From: Botryllus schlosseri
Taxonomy: Eukaryota
Direction of reading: 5' to 3'
NCBI GenBank assembly: GCA_051294905.1
Contig: CM119384.1
Span: forward strand, 13,206,001 to 13,270,000
DNA length: 64,000 nt
Below the pieces are notes generated by a model. That model worked only from the letters and a program-made list of their open reading frames with translations. It searched no databases and was not told the DNA's origin. Positions 51,245-64,000 of the stretch are shown piece after piece. Position numbers and translations under genes: made by a program. How positions within the stretch are numbered: the first letter of the stretch is position 1; the number at the start of each line of letters is the position of its first letter.

Positions 51245-53185
51245 GCTACATCCATCTCTATTCGTCGGAGCGTTTGGTATTCGGTGAAGATTTCGAACAG
51301 TGCTCATATAGTTGAGCGATTGAGTCACTACTCAATATCTTTGACAGTTGATGACGGTTTGCATACGGCGGCGTGCTAGTTGGCGACCTTGTATTCCGCG
51401 GGTTTAGATGCGATGCTGGTTAATTGCTTAGCTGTGACTTCAATTACGTCAACACATTATATTGGAATTCTGCAGTGGGTAGAGTGACAAAATAACAGGG
51501 CACTATCTCTAATCATTACGGTCCTTAGCTTAACTATTCAAGCCCAGTTATCCACATATACTATTCATTTCATGATTAGTAAATGCGATATATAAAACGT
51601 TTCTCCCAAATTTAATAACAATTTCACCATCTATTTGTCATACTTGTGACATAGCAAATATTTTCAAATAATGGAACAACAGATTTAACCCTTTGCGACC
51701 GGCTGTCCAGTATACTGGACCGCCACTGTTTAACACAGAGGAGTCTTTATTTAATCCAAGATAGCTAGACCTGTATTGGTCATAAACTGTTACACTCGTT
51801 TTATAAGGATAGCTCTTATGAATACGCATACATCGGACCGTGTAAAATCTATTATAGCAATGTATATCCTGTTTGAAATGAAGATTGAACACGCAAAAGC
51901 GTTACCGGCAAAATTGAATTTGTAACGATGCTCGCTTGAATGAACGCCTGAAATGTAAACCATTGTACCTTCCGTTCTGGACATCATAAAACCAATTACA
52001 GTTATCTTCCATGACTTGTTATAGTTTATATCATTGTATGAAAGCCCTTATATCGAAGATTAGCACGTAGAAGATGTTTCAAATTGACGTGAAAGAAAGC
52101 AATACCTTGCCACATGAAAATCATGGCTGCGTAAGAGCACCTGGCTGGTTGCGGTTTCAGACAGATGTATAATTGCTTCAGGCAATTGCAAACTATACAT
52201 ATAGTTAGCCATTATTCAGACAAATCCATCAATATCCCTATCTTGGAGCTTAGTTTTGTATAAGACAACCGACATCAGCCCTAACACTGAACAAATAAGC
52301 GTGCGAGTAATAGGCTATTTCGGTAGCCCGAGCCGGTAATAACAACATCACATAGAGGCAGCCTATGTCTGTTTTAGAAGGCATAGGAAGTTACTGTTGA
52401 CTTCTATTAATAGTGATGATCATACGTAAAACATTCGCGCTATAGAAGACAGTTCAATTGGATGTGAAATGAAGCAATACTCTATCGTGTAAAATGAATT
52501 CGCAAGCGCATATGGGCAGTGTCGAATAAGGATATAAGCCAATATATGTTAACTTTGATTGCCTTATCGCAGTTGTAAGTTACACACAATAACCAACTGA
52601 AGCTGATAACACTTGGCTAGCAGGGAGATATATAACTTAGGCAATGTCGCCAGGGCCATCCCTATTATGTTACGTAGAACTGGACACGCGCGTTGCCTTC
52701 AGCGAGAATACGCGATTACGTAATTGATTACTTATCGGCGGCGGCCGCTTGAGTCGTGCTTATCCTCTCTATCTTTCCAATATCGTGGCGCTAGGCTATG
52801 AAGCATTATAGTAGCGTGTAATGGCTCGTTGAAACGTAGAGATTCATGCGGAGAACAATCAGGTGGTCATATACCAATAGAAGCCATATGAATGACGTCA
52901 GGATAAATTGATAAATGAAATTATCTTCCATTTTCAAAAAATTGACAACATTTCCTCGCATAACACCATTCCCTCTCGCGTCTGATCCGTGCGAGTGTCT
53001 CATACCGCTAGGCGGCTACTTCAGGTTTACGGCAATATATTAGGCGTCGATTTAAGCCCTATGGATGGCATTTTATCGGGATTTTCATGGATGCTGTAAA
53101 ATTTTGGTCAGTAGGCCGGTTGATCACAAAGGGTTAATTGAAGTTGTATATTGTATAACTTCAACTGACACAGCAACCTCCACTC

Positions 53186-53566
53186 TAGTTTGGAGCGGAT
53201 CGACAAATTCTCTGGTCCGACTCCGGTCCGGGTTTTCAATTTTCTAGTCAGGCTCCCATTCAGTTCCGGCAAAAAATGAAAAAGTCCGGCCGGAAATTCG
53301 GCCCTCCACGGTTCGGTGGTTCCGTGAATTTCTAAATATGGCTCGTTTATTTTCGAACTGGCTTGACGGCTACGAGCGTGGGGTTGGTTGGTAGTTATTT
53401 AGTTACAAAAGTTATGCTTGTCCACTAAGATTCTGGCCGTATCAAAAAAGTTATGAACCGGCTCCGGCCGTATCAAAAAGTACTGATCCGGCTCCGATCC
53501 GGCCCGGCCAAAATTGAAAAAATCCGGCCGGATATCCAATCCGGCCCCGGCCCATGCTCCGTACTA
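53186..53566. mobile_element. MITE with (CCGG)-rich subterminal repeats
   Basis: Termini TAGTTTGGAGC / GCTCCGTACTA; flanks CTCCACTC / CTCCACAC. Confidence 0.82.
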
Positions 53567-54594
53567 CTCCACACACACCTGCAGCCATTTCCCGTCTTCC
53601 CGCCAAACCCCAAAGCAGTCACAATGTGCTTCTTCGTGCGATGGTTCGCAGGAAGCACACCAAACGTCAGACAGAAGCATAATAAGTTATTTATTGGATT
53701 ACTAGCATTTACTGCTGATGACTGGTACAGTGTAGTTGTTAATTCCGCCAGACACGTGAACGGGTGGTTTTATGACCGGTATTGCGATCATCCATCATCA
53801 TCGTAAAATCATCAAGCGCCAAATCACATACCATTGTATATTGCATTATGCTTTGACCTGTGGTATCAAAACGTATTTGTCTGCTACGCGCCATATTGCC
53901 TACTCGCATCGCTGAGGTTTCGACTCTTGTTAAGATTGGAAGATTGCTGTTGTAGGCAACGGCCTGTACGTGGTTTTTCAGTAACATCATCCATTCGTTT
54001 CTACATATTCTGTTTCTAGGTTTTATATTGAAATGATAACACATATATTATGTCGTGAGGAATTAGCCGATTGGCCAATCTATTGGAAGGCTTTCTATCA
54101 TGAGGACATGGAAATAGCCTACCCAGTCAATTCTAAAAGCTTTGTACGCAGGCCGTGTTATTTTTGGCATTTTTCAGATTTTATTTTTGGCAATTTTTGG
54201 CATCACCATGAATTCGTATTTATAGACTCAAATTAGCTATGTAAATTGCATCAGTTTGGTCTTTCTTGTGAAACGGAAGTCACAAAACATGCAGTATCCA
54301 CACTCTGCCATCAAACAGCGAGATATAAATCCGAATTGAAAACGATGTGATACAAAACCGAGTGCTTCTGCAATATCTATTCTCAATAGTCGATTCACTG
54401 TGTGTACAACATTACTGGCATTCACACAGGTCACAATACTTACAATAACAATTCAAAATTGTTTCTGATACGCTTGGCTAGCAGCCGTCACTACCCAACC
54501 AATGATTAGAGATCATGAGAGAGTTTAACAATCAATTGAATATGAAAAATAATCCACCCGGCAATGAAAAACTAGGAAATGACTGCATGTATAT

Positions 54595-57500
54595 TAGGGT
54601 TGTCCATAATTTGGAAAATCTCAAAATTTATGCGTATCCATGTCTCATTCTATAGATTATAGTTAAAAAAAAAACGTCAATGAACCTGCAATAAGCTCAC
54701 AGGAAAGTCGTTAACATTTGTTTAAATGCGTTTGAAAGTAGCTGCCGTAGATTGGGCGTGTGAGCGACCATAGAGCGGCAAGCAGACTGGTAATCACCAA
54801 ATCACATCGTTTGATTGACTAATCTGCTATGCTTCAATGATCACGACGTTAGCGGCTTGTTGATCAGCTGGTCAAGGAGTCGGCTGACGGCGGTGATTCT
54901 GTAAGTGCATTGTAGGTTGGTCCGCAACTAATGATTTAGGATTAATTCAGAACATGTTGAGTTACGAAATACATGATGAACTATAAGAACAGCTGCTTCA
55001 CAATATCTTTAAATACATGACTGGATGGCTTATTGTGAAGGTAACCGCTGTAGCCTGTATGCCTTGATTTCATTGATGGAAAGAACAAAAACACACGTAA
55101 AAATACTACAAAGGCTTTTATGCAAGTGGCAAACGAATTTCTAGTTTCAGAGGGGATGTACCATCATTGAATACAACTATAAAGCTTGATATTGACACTA
55201 CTTTGTCTGATCTTATTAGGCTGCTGTCGTGGTACATAATTGAAGTGCTTGGCACTTGTCAGATTCTTTCAGCATAATGAATCATACCCGCAAGTGCTAT
55301 CAAAGTCTTCGATGATGCCGGGCAAAGAGGTTTAAAGATAAGTACAAACTGTGCTGGTAGGACCAGCAAAAGACAGTTTGCTTGCATTGCTTAGCATGTC
55401 CTTAATGAATGTTAGATCATTACCGGCTGCATAACGACTTATGCTTGAATCAAACCAGACTTGGACGAAAAAGGATGGATTGAAGCGGTGTGGTAGTAAC
55501 ACTCTTCTTCAGAAATCCAATGTTAGCTACCTGGTCGGCCCACATATCTTCTTAGCATACAGGATTGTGTCCAGCATCCATCCCACATGTTATGCTGCAC
55601 CAGTTTGGTGATGTCTAATATGCCTTACCTGCACCCAGAAAAGCAGGACCACTTGGCGTAATCTCAAGCATATAATATATGTATTTCTTGGATCTATACT
55701 TAGTTCTATAAATTCACAATTATTCCCTGCTTCACCTCTGTCATGCCTGTAAGAGGCTATTGTTGCTCTAAACCTATCGTTACCTAGTTTGAACACTAAA
55801 ACATTCAATGACCAGATGTCTCATTTTATTATTAAATCACCAATGTACAATGCGCTTACATAATCATTGCCGTTAGCGATCTCCTTGGACTAATAGAAGC
55901 ACATAATCAGCAAGCCGCTGTGGTCGTGATCATTCAAGCATAGCTGAATAACCAATCAAGAGACGTGATTTCGTGATTACTGGTCTTCTGCCGTTCTATG
56001 GTTGCTAACACGCCCACTCTACGGCAGCTACTTTCAAACGCATTTAGACAAATGTTACCGACTTTACTATGAGCTTATTGCAGGTTCATTGACGTTTTTT
56101 ATCAATAATCTACAGCAGGGGTCGCCAACTCAAATGGGGTCGCGGGCCACTTTTCAAAATTCGTAGAGCCCGCGGGCTGCATGTCTTCAATGTCGAGATA
56201 TAATAGGAAATGCATAGTTTAACAGCCACGTTATGATAACTCTACGTCAGTACAACGCTGTTCTCTCTAACATGGGCGACGGGTATAGTTACCGCAAAAA
56301 GAAATCATATTTTTAATAATACAAATAGCCTACAACAAATAAATGATGATCATTGCTTTCATGTATTTTTAGCGATATGAGCTCTGCACGATACCTGACA
56401 ACACGCGTCAGCAACTATATACAAAGCAGATGTGGCCAACCTTTTTGCTATTCACGGCCGCATTTCGATTACTTGTGTTGGCTACGGCCGCATTCTAGTG
56501 CATAGTCGTAATGAACTACTGGAGGCCAAATACCCACGTTAAACTGCCCATGTCCATTGCCGGTAAACTCCGGACTAATCTATTTACTGATATCGGCTTA
56601 CTGTGCGCACCCAAATCGTGAGTAGCTATGTTAAGAATAAGCACAGGCATCCGTCGTCTAGTCGCGCGAAGCGCTAAAATGTTTTTATATTCTTGAGTGA
56701 ATTTCGTCATTAATACAGGTATAGTTTCACATATTACCATCAGATATTTATCCTTTGTAAGCCCATGTGCTCAAATTCACCACTAGAGTTGATGCAGGGG
56801 GTGTCTTCGAAAATTCAGGGAAGTTATAAATACTGTGCTGCATCTTTGAGTTGGCCAATTGTGATCAGCCTAGTCCTCTTTGTTGCCTGCATGTTGTTAT
56901 TTCTTGACATCCCTTCAGCATTGTGAGTATAGTGGAAATATATCGGATTTTCCCAAACACACGATCACAAATTGGTATTTCTTTACGTGGCGCATCAATT
57001 TCCTCTGCTGTTCGCATCTGTACTGTGCGGATTAGATTACAAAGGACACTACTATATTAAAATCGAAAATCCACTCGTATTGAACCGCGCCGAGCGCGAA
57101 GAAAATTTTCAAGAATAATTCAAACCTTTCACTAATTAGGGAGTCAATTCGTAAATTTAATTTGCCTGTTGACGGCCGCCAACACATCCTAATCGACATG
57201 AGTGTCGACGGCCGCATAATTTTCCTTCTACTGTCGCAGATTTGCCACCCCTGGACTAAGAATCAATATTGGGGTTACGTTAGCTAGACATGGTACTTGC
57301 CGGAAAACTATCTCCTCGTAAAGCTTGGTGTTTTGGGGGGCCTGAAGTCGTTTTCTAAGCGTCTCGGTCTTGGCAAGTCAAGGCAATATGCCCATTCATA
57401 TCAGCAAGTTCTTCATCCATGGAATTATATTAACGTACCCGAAGCCGTATCAGCCATTGACGAATAGTGATATTGGGAACTGGAGAATAGCTTACTTTGA

Positions 57501-57717
57501 ACAACAACAACAATATGTTTAAACTGAAATCAATTTATGCATTTCAAAATGCTTTACCAAGCGTTCTTCCGAATTTTCAAAATCAGGTCGCGGGCCGCAA
57601 AATATGACCTCGCGGGCCGCATGCGGCCCGCGGGCCGCGTGTTGGAGACCCCTGATCTACAGAATGAGACATGGATACGCATATTTTTTGAGATTTTCCA
57701 AATTATGGACAACCCTA
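54595..57717 (-). mobile_element. Internally deleted hAT element with ~300-bp TIRs and a hATm-like transposase remnant
   Basis: TIR TAGGGTTGTCCATAATTTGGAAAATCTC; perfect TSD ATGTATAT; arms 54595-54900 vs 55860-56115 plus 57655-57717. The minus-strand core has PRNTY..L....LLF, TGAA*HVGWM...ILYAKKI and AAGNDLTFIKD, resembling PRDDY / PGAxHHARWM / APxNDL as I recall them for hATm-type transposases. Confidence 0.8.
56116..57654. mobile_element. hAT (Buster-type) element inserted in the right TIR of 54595-57717
   Basis: Termini CAGGGGTCGCCAAC / GTTGGAGACCCCTG; perfect TSD ATCTACAG. Confidence 0.88.
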
Positions 57718-58692
57718 ATGTATATATGTATGTATGGTGCGTATAGATCTGGAGGCCTTTTGCACAGGCAGTGTTACTTTTTTCATATGCCAAAAATAGC
57801 TTATTTTTGGCATTTCGAAATTTTATTTTGACAGTTTTGGCATTTGGTTCCCGAAATGCCAAAAATAACACGGTCTGCTTATACGGCTTTGGAACATAAT
57901 TTTCTTTGTTGTATCTCACCGTTGAAATAGTGAATTCAGGCACCAAACACGATCATATCAACATTTGCACGATATATCCGTGGCTAAACCGTCAACAAAG
58001 TTATTTAGTGCGGCCTCGCGTCTGCCTGTGGCCTTGATTGGAAACGCTGGCTCAAACGGCGCATTTTTAGCTCGACAACAACTTCACACGTTTATTGAGC
58101 TCTGAGAAACGTTTCACAAATACTTTTTGGTTTCACTCACTTTTGTCCGAATTAGACGGAGAAACGGCTTTGTCCTAATTAAGCGGAAAATCAGTTGTTC
58201 GTTTCATGGTCATGCGCAAAGGCAGAGACAACGCATTAAGATGATGCGCCATTCCAGAAGAAATGAATTGCAGCAGCGCTGCACTGCAGTTACTGGCACT
58301 GATCGCATAAAACGCACGAGAATTAGCCTATATAGTACACCTTCAGATTATTTGTATATTGTATAGTATTTCGATACCAAACGATTAAACAAATATAGCA
58401 TACTGTGTTACTGTGTAACATACACGTCTATGATTAAAATAGTACAGTACTAAGTCATGCAGCAAGAACTGAAACGGTATTATCCCTTGATAAAAGTACA
58501 CCACTAACCAGTAGGAATTGAAGGCAAAAGTTTTAAGCTGGGCAGAAAATCATTTAGGGGTAATGTTAACAACGCTAACTGAAAGCTAAATCAGCGAAAC
58601 GCAATGCTTCGTACGTTTACGCTACGGTCGTGACTGAAAGCAAGTGTCCAGTATACCATTCTGTTCTATAAGATGTACGCAATTGCGCCGAA

Positions 58693-59115
58693 GTGAAACC
58701 GGCTATGAAGACCACCTTCGCTGTCTTTCAATGCCTCATCGGTGTCCCAATTAATCTATTGATTAATTATCAATTTACGAAAGCTGCTCGTTGTCATATC
58801 TTTTTCATCCAACTGTCATTCGATTCGACCAACGTTCACAAAACTGGATTTTATAATTCTCTGTGTCGCCAGACAGAACGTCTCGACATCGCCGGGGCAT
58901 AGAGTAGCGTGCGCAATCTGCGCATACGTCTGTGTTGTTGTATTGTGAACTGTATTCGTTCCTTATCGTAGTTTAGCCATGCGTTGCTTTACGCTGTTTG
59001 TGAGTATGTTTACTTCTGTTATTGACTGAATTCATTCCGATTTTTTGTATCTATGGTTGTCCGCATTCACTCACGCTCGCTCCTGGTGCGAGTCAGTGAA
59101 AACCTCTTGAGTCAA
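58693..59115 (+). mobile_element. Decayed Penelope-like 3' fragment with degenerate hammerhead
   Basis: ORF 58693-58902 (AVFQCL...QFTKAAR...LCRQTERL) aligns with the C-terminus of the 27189 GIY-YIG ORF (AIGQHL...QFSIVAR...LCRQKERL). CTGGTGC-GAGTCAGT-GAAA at 59083-59102 mirrors the 27838 core with inactivating changes. Confidence 0.75.
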
Positions 59116-60500
59116 ATATATTTGACATTTATATGATTCTCTTGCTTGTTGACATATATTAAACTATATGGTACACATTTTTTACACACCACCCCGTAAA
59201 ATTTACTCAAGGCGTTACTCGTTGCATCATCAGGGTAATTGACACATTGACATCCACCTATATATTCCCAATCACTTCTTTTACTGATACCAGTTCGACT
59301 TCGGCTTCCAAACTTGCATCAAGTTTCATTTATTAGTGGTTCAAGATGTAGCAAATATATTGGGATTCGAACATTGTTTCAAAAGCCTTGGATTGATGAG
59401 CAGTGCAAATTGGCCAATCGAAGACAAGTCGTACACACTATATGTACTGCACGCAGTGTACACAGATACTTGGATCCGATTCGCTGCATTAGTCAAACAA
59501 AATTAGCCACAGATCGTGTCAGAAGTAGGCTAATAGCTCGTGCACATCACCTATTTTGGCATGTGACTACATCCTTGTGACAGTAACTTCCTTTTGTTTT
59601 TCAATTCAATTTTGCTGATGCCCGTAAATACTGCATGTCTCAGCACAAGCGAAATTTTCCCACATCGGGTTCGACAAACATATACTGTCTCGCCGTTTGA
59701 CAAACTATCGCTCTCCTTCCTTTATTGTGCGACGCATTTGCATTTCTCATTGCGCTGCGACAAGTCGTTTCATATTTCTGATTTCCTGTCAATAAGGCAT
59801 ACGGATCGCTGGCCGTGCGCACTGCGCATACCCGTCTTCCAACCGAAAAGGAAGTTGAATCAGTAAAGGGTAAACTGCGCACAGGGTTCGACATAGTTAA
59901 AGAGATAGGGAGCACTCGGTGATTAGAACAGGGTATGACCAGGAAGGAAACGAATTTTGAAGCAGGGAACACGGCATGTTGTATTGCATGGAATCAAATG
60001 CCCTGCGGTGTTCTCACCTGCAACTGTGTAACTTATTGGAAGCGTGCATCGTAATCCAGTCGAATTTCCCGTCAACACTTTCCAACTGAGAAGGTGCAGT
60101 TTGACTGTACCACAGCTACTTACTTTACACGGCCCTGAAACGAGATATATATTATACATATGCAATACAATTTTCTCGATAAGAAGCGTTTTTACATATA
60201 TTCGAGATAGGAAACATGGAGTTATGTGCGCGTTGTGGAAAATCTCTGTTATTATATGGAATGGCGCTACTGGCTAGTAACTATAGCCTAAACAGTGCTT
60301 TTCAACCTGTAGGATGGTACGCACTTGTGTGGATGACAAACGTGGTGATGATGAGTGCAGATGAAAATCCGGATGCTTGCGGATAAAAATCGTGAATAAT
60401 TGTTACTTTTTCCGGCGTGGATTAATTCATATAAATCTAATAGTAACTTCAAGTGCAGTGGGTCCCTCAAGCAATTGTAAAAACTTTTTTGAGTTAGGAC

Positions 60501-62779
60501 CAGGGCTTTGGAGCCGGAGCCGGAGCCCCGGAGCCGTGCATTTTTACCGGAGCTGGAGCCGGAGCCGGAGCTCTACATAAAATTCAGCCGGAGCAGGAGC
60601 AGGAGCTAGGTATTTAAGGGGTAGCTCCGGCTCCGACGTATTTCATAAGATGCTATTATATATGCAACGACCATATCTGCTGAGTTCACATAATTCAACA
60701 GCAGGCCTTCGCGAAATTAAGAATCTTTTCCTCTTTGGCGCTACCTATTCCGACTAACCATGTTCCTGGGTACCTATTTAACAGCAGAGCAGTCATATGT
60801 TCGAACCTCGGTATGCTAGATATGCCTGTGAGTATTGTGGGTATTCGGCATACCCGCAATTTCATCATCAGCGCAACCTTGTTGGCCAATTGTTCGGTTC
60901 GAAAATAATGATCACTATGTATTACGCGAAATGGGAGAGAGGATAAAAACGTGATTTCGTTGCACATGTCGATATGACGAGCACGAGCCGAGAAATTCCA
61001 TCTCATCGTTGCTATGAATCGGATGAGCAAATACTCGTTCTTTTGTGATAGTTCTTTAATCGGGCCGCGAAATTAGACAGTGGTATTGAGTATGCAATTA
61101 TGCGAATTGGGATTCATTACTGCGCATGATCGTCATTCACTCCAGTAAGGATTTTCGAGCGTGAATAGGGGATGGCAGAATATTAGCCCAAAATGCCGAT
61201 ACACTGAGCGAACAATTGTCGCGGTGCGAGCTACTCAATGCGATAAGGTCCCCATGGTATTTTATGTTGGAGGAAAATTACTGATTTGATACGCGATTTC
61301 CAATTTGTAATCATCTGTTTCGTAAATTCATTCTTGATGTCTGCTTGATACTCTAGTATTCCCGGATTATCGTGCATTGTGACTTGTAAATGTGCAATGT
61401 GCATGCTGCATAGTTTAATTCGTTATGGGCATGGCGCGATGTGCATGGCACAGTGTTTAATTCGATTATTCGATTCGTTTCAACGGGAAAATATTATATT
61501 CCGATAAACTTGATCGACACTGGATGGACTGGTACACCAATATCGAACGTCAAACCATTGGCCATTTGGTACAAATCGAATTTCTATTGATCAGGTCGTG
61601 ATGTCCGCCCATATTGCTCTTACTACGGTTACATTTGAATAATAATCACTTATTTAAAGATTGAATTGAGCTGTATGGCTTAATGTTACCGAGTACAGTG
61701 CCAGTGTTAAAACGCCGCATCAGAATTTTCATACTGTACACAGCAATGGCATGGTCTAAAGTGCGTTCTAGTACAACTATGATGTTAATGACGATTGACA
61801 AGTATTCATTATGACGTCACAAGCCTACACAGTGGCACCTATGTCTTCGTTGCTGCATCCGATGTTACTGACGGCTGACAGACTCTAGATTACTATTGAT
61901 AACTAACCTACGGGCGAATTACTAATCTATATAGACCAGGGGTGGCCAACCTTTTCGGCTAACGGGCCACATGAAATTGACGAACGAGTGCGCTGCCCAC
62001 TAGCCGCGCCAGGCGCGTAAAATTTTAAAAATTAATATTATTATTACTTGGGTATATTGCGGGTCGACTGTATAGCGCCCGCTGGGCTCAGTTTGCAAAG
62101 ACAGGACTATTCGGCATCTGGACATATCGATATCGAAGATTTCCGCTAATATACGACAATCATTTTGTGCCTACATTTCATCGTCGACGATCTTTCTGCG
62201 AGCACAAACGCGAGAAGACGTTCTCTCGTAATTGCGAATATAGTTTGACTCAATCGGCTAAATCAGGCGCTTTTTTCATTTTCAGGAGGGGGTAGGCTAC
62301 AAAGCAAGAAATCGTGTGACAATTAGACACGCGAAGCGTGAAGAAAAATTTTACTACTCTTTTAGTTTATTGTAATGTACGGCGATTTACTAAAAATGTG
62401 ACTGGTACCTGGATCTGCCAATGCGTCGTAACTGATATTTTAGTCATCAACATCCCAAGTGTCGCGGCCAGACTAATCATAATTATTTTTGGTTGGCTTT
62501 GCAAGTATACAATCTGAGCAATTCAATTTCGATAATATAAAAGGATTTCGATAGTATAATGGGAAATTAGCTCGCGGGCTACTCAAAACCTTTACGCGGG
62601 TTGCCCACCCCTGATATAGACAGACACCTTCGATAGTTTTCACAGCCGAAGCCGGAGCTGGAGCAGGAGCAGTGGTAATAATGCGGCTCCGGAGCTGAAG
62701 CCGGATCTAGTGTATGATAGAAGAATGCTCCGGAGCCGGAGCTGGAGCAATGCAAATTTACGGCTGCTCCAAAGCCCTG
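60501..62779 (-). mobile_element. Decayed Ac-type hAT element with transposase remnant and GGAGCC subterminal repeats
   Basis: TIR CAGGGCTTTGGAGC / GCTCCAAAGCCCTG; flanks GTTAGGAC / GTTACGAC. ORF 60695-61030 has ATMRWNF (TRWNS-like) and RFEHMTALLLNRYP (PF..AT.L....YPT-like). Confidence 0.8.
61937..62613. mobile_element. hAT (Buster-type) MITE nested in 60501-62779
   Basis: Termini CAGGGGTGGCCAACC / GGGTTGCCCACCCCTG; perfect TSD ATATAGAC. Confidence 0.9.
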
Positions 62780-63462
62780 GTTACGACTCACCACTAATCG
62801 AATAACTTTGTCTCGCATCAGCCGTAGTGAATTGATATTTGCGCACTATAATTATTACGTAATCAAAAGCACCAGACGTTCTTGTACAAAACCTAAATCA
62901 GTAGCCTACTTGTTGCATATCTGATTGAAATATTGTTACGTATCCTCATTTTCTTTTTATATTACAATTGTCTGTGGTTTGTGCGGATGAAAATACTTTT
63001 ACAAAAAAAGTGACGATGGTGCTCAAAAAGGTTGGAAAGCACTGGTTCATAAATAGTACTTCTGATTGATACTATAGGCATTGATTTATGCAGCGCCAGC
63101 ATTCATTTCGTAGAACGCTGATGTGTCCCACGTGGCGATTGATTAGTTTTCCTTTATCACTTCATCGTCGCGTTATTCGCTAATTTATCACGAATTCGCG
63201 ATGATTTTCAGTTTATGTCATGTTAGAGATTTCATTCACCATTTCCCTATAGCTCTACTGACTATATTTAATTGTTCCAAACTTTCGATCGTGCCGATGG
63301 TAGACCAAGCATATTATAATATCAACTAAAATTCGTTTCGTTTCTTTCCAGAAATTCATGGAAAAGGTTTACAACGAACATATACTATTCACTTTGATCG
63401 AATACGAGTCCTAAATAGGTTAGTGAATACACCGCAGGTGATGAAACTAGCGTAGAGCAGCA

Positions 63463-63554
63463 ATGAGGCACGTTAAAATTGTGTTGATGGGCTCCGGCGG
63501 AGTTGGAAAAACGTCGCTGACCACGCAGTTTATGCGAGATATCTTTGAAAGCAG
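63463..63554 (+). CDS. First coding exon of a Ras-family (Rap/Ras-like) small GTPase (MRHVKIVLMGSGGVGKTSLTTQFMRDIFES)
   Basis: G1 P-loop GSGGVGKT after a KIVLM strand, pattern like Rap1 [20 protein letters not shown]; ends AG|GTAGCT. Remaining exons were not seen in the window. Confidence 0.85.
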
Positions 63555-64000
63555 GTAGCTAGCATTCATACTGCATAGAAAATATTTGGCTCGTATATAC
63601 GGTATCGCCCGGTGCTCACTCGACGAAGGTACAAAGATCGAATTTGACGAATAACATGCATCGGAATATTGTGTAATATTAATAATGATGGGATCGCATG
63701 ATCTCAGTGACTGAGTGCCACTGAAATAGCGCGTCTGTGTATCGCAATGCTACGGCATGCGTATGGATAAAGTGCTGAAAATATGCTGGGCTGTATATAA
63801 ATAATACTACGCAAATTGAGCAGACTGGTAAAGAGACGTTTAGAAGTATACAAGACTTCAATATAGTAACAAACAATATATTGATATTTATTGCTAAATT
63901 TATTCCACTCCAAGCTTGCTTAATGACTTACTCTAGCAACGATAAATGCCAATCGCTTATACTAAATAGGCTTTGAATAATAGACATGTTTGGCTCATCG

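Noticed and set aside
51638-51987. C-type-lectin-like remnant (YLGLNKD...VYW); a similar hint lies at 24110-24230
   Set aside because: Too few conserved residues, with stops and frameshifts; could be chance.
55140-55620. Cytochrome P450 or other host-gene fragment captured in the long-TIR element
   Set aside because: No P450 motifs on translation; the motifs fit a decayed transposase better.
56427-57253. Further nested hAT MITE inside 56116-57654
   Set aside because: TIR-like ends are present but the flanking 8-mers do not match.

Overview
Eukaryotic, AT-rich, repeat-dense genomic DNA. It looks like an invertebrate, possibly an ascidian; that is inference from gene and TE style only. No prokaryotic features are present. 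(1) Two tandem, minus-strand, intron-containing paralogs of an LGR/RXFP/GRL101-like class A GPCR. Copy A has exons at about 6318-1348 and continues off the left edge. Copy B has exons at 42744-31393 covering all seven TMs. Three orthologous exons have identical lengths (143, 182, 126 nt). Copy B has a GG where copy A has the GT donor. (2) The first coding exon of a Ras/Rap-like GTPase at 63463 (+). (3) About 28 hAT-type non-autonomous or deleted DNA transposons, most with readable 8-bp TSDs and many nested up to three deep. (4) A decayed Gypsy LTR retrotransposon split by a hAT element that carries a ~150-bp tandem array. (5) Five copies of a tRNA-derived SINE and a CR1/L2-type LINE 3' fragment. 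(6) Several Penelope-like (GIY-YIG) fragments whose pseudo-LTRs contain minimal type I hammerhead ribozymes. The most interesting observation is a covarying 6-bp pairing between hammerhead loop II and an upstream segment, at the same spacing in two divergent Penelope families. It competes with a hairpin that would sequester the catalytic core. Most ORFs in the supplied track are spurious. All coordinates and alignments were read by eye.
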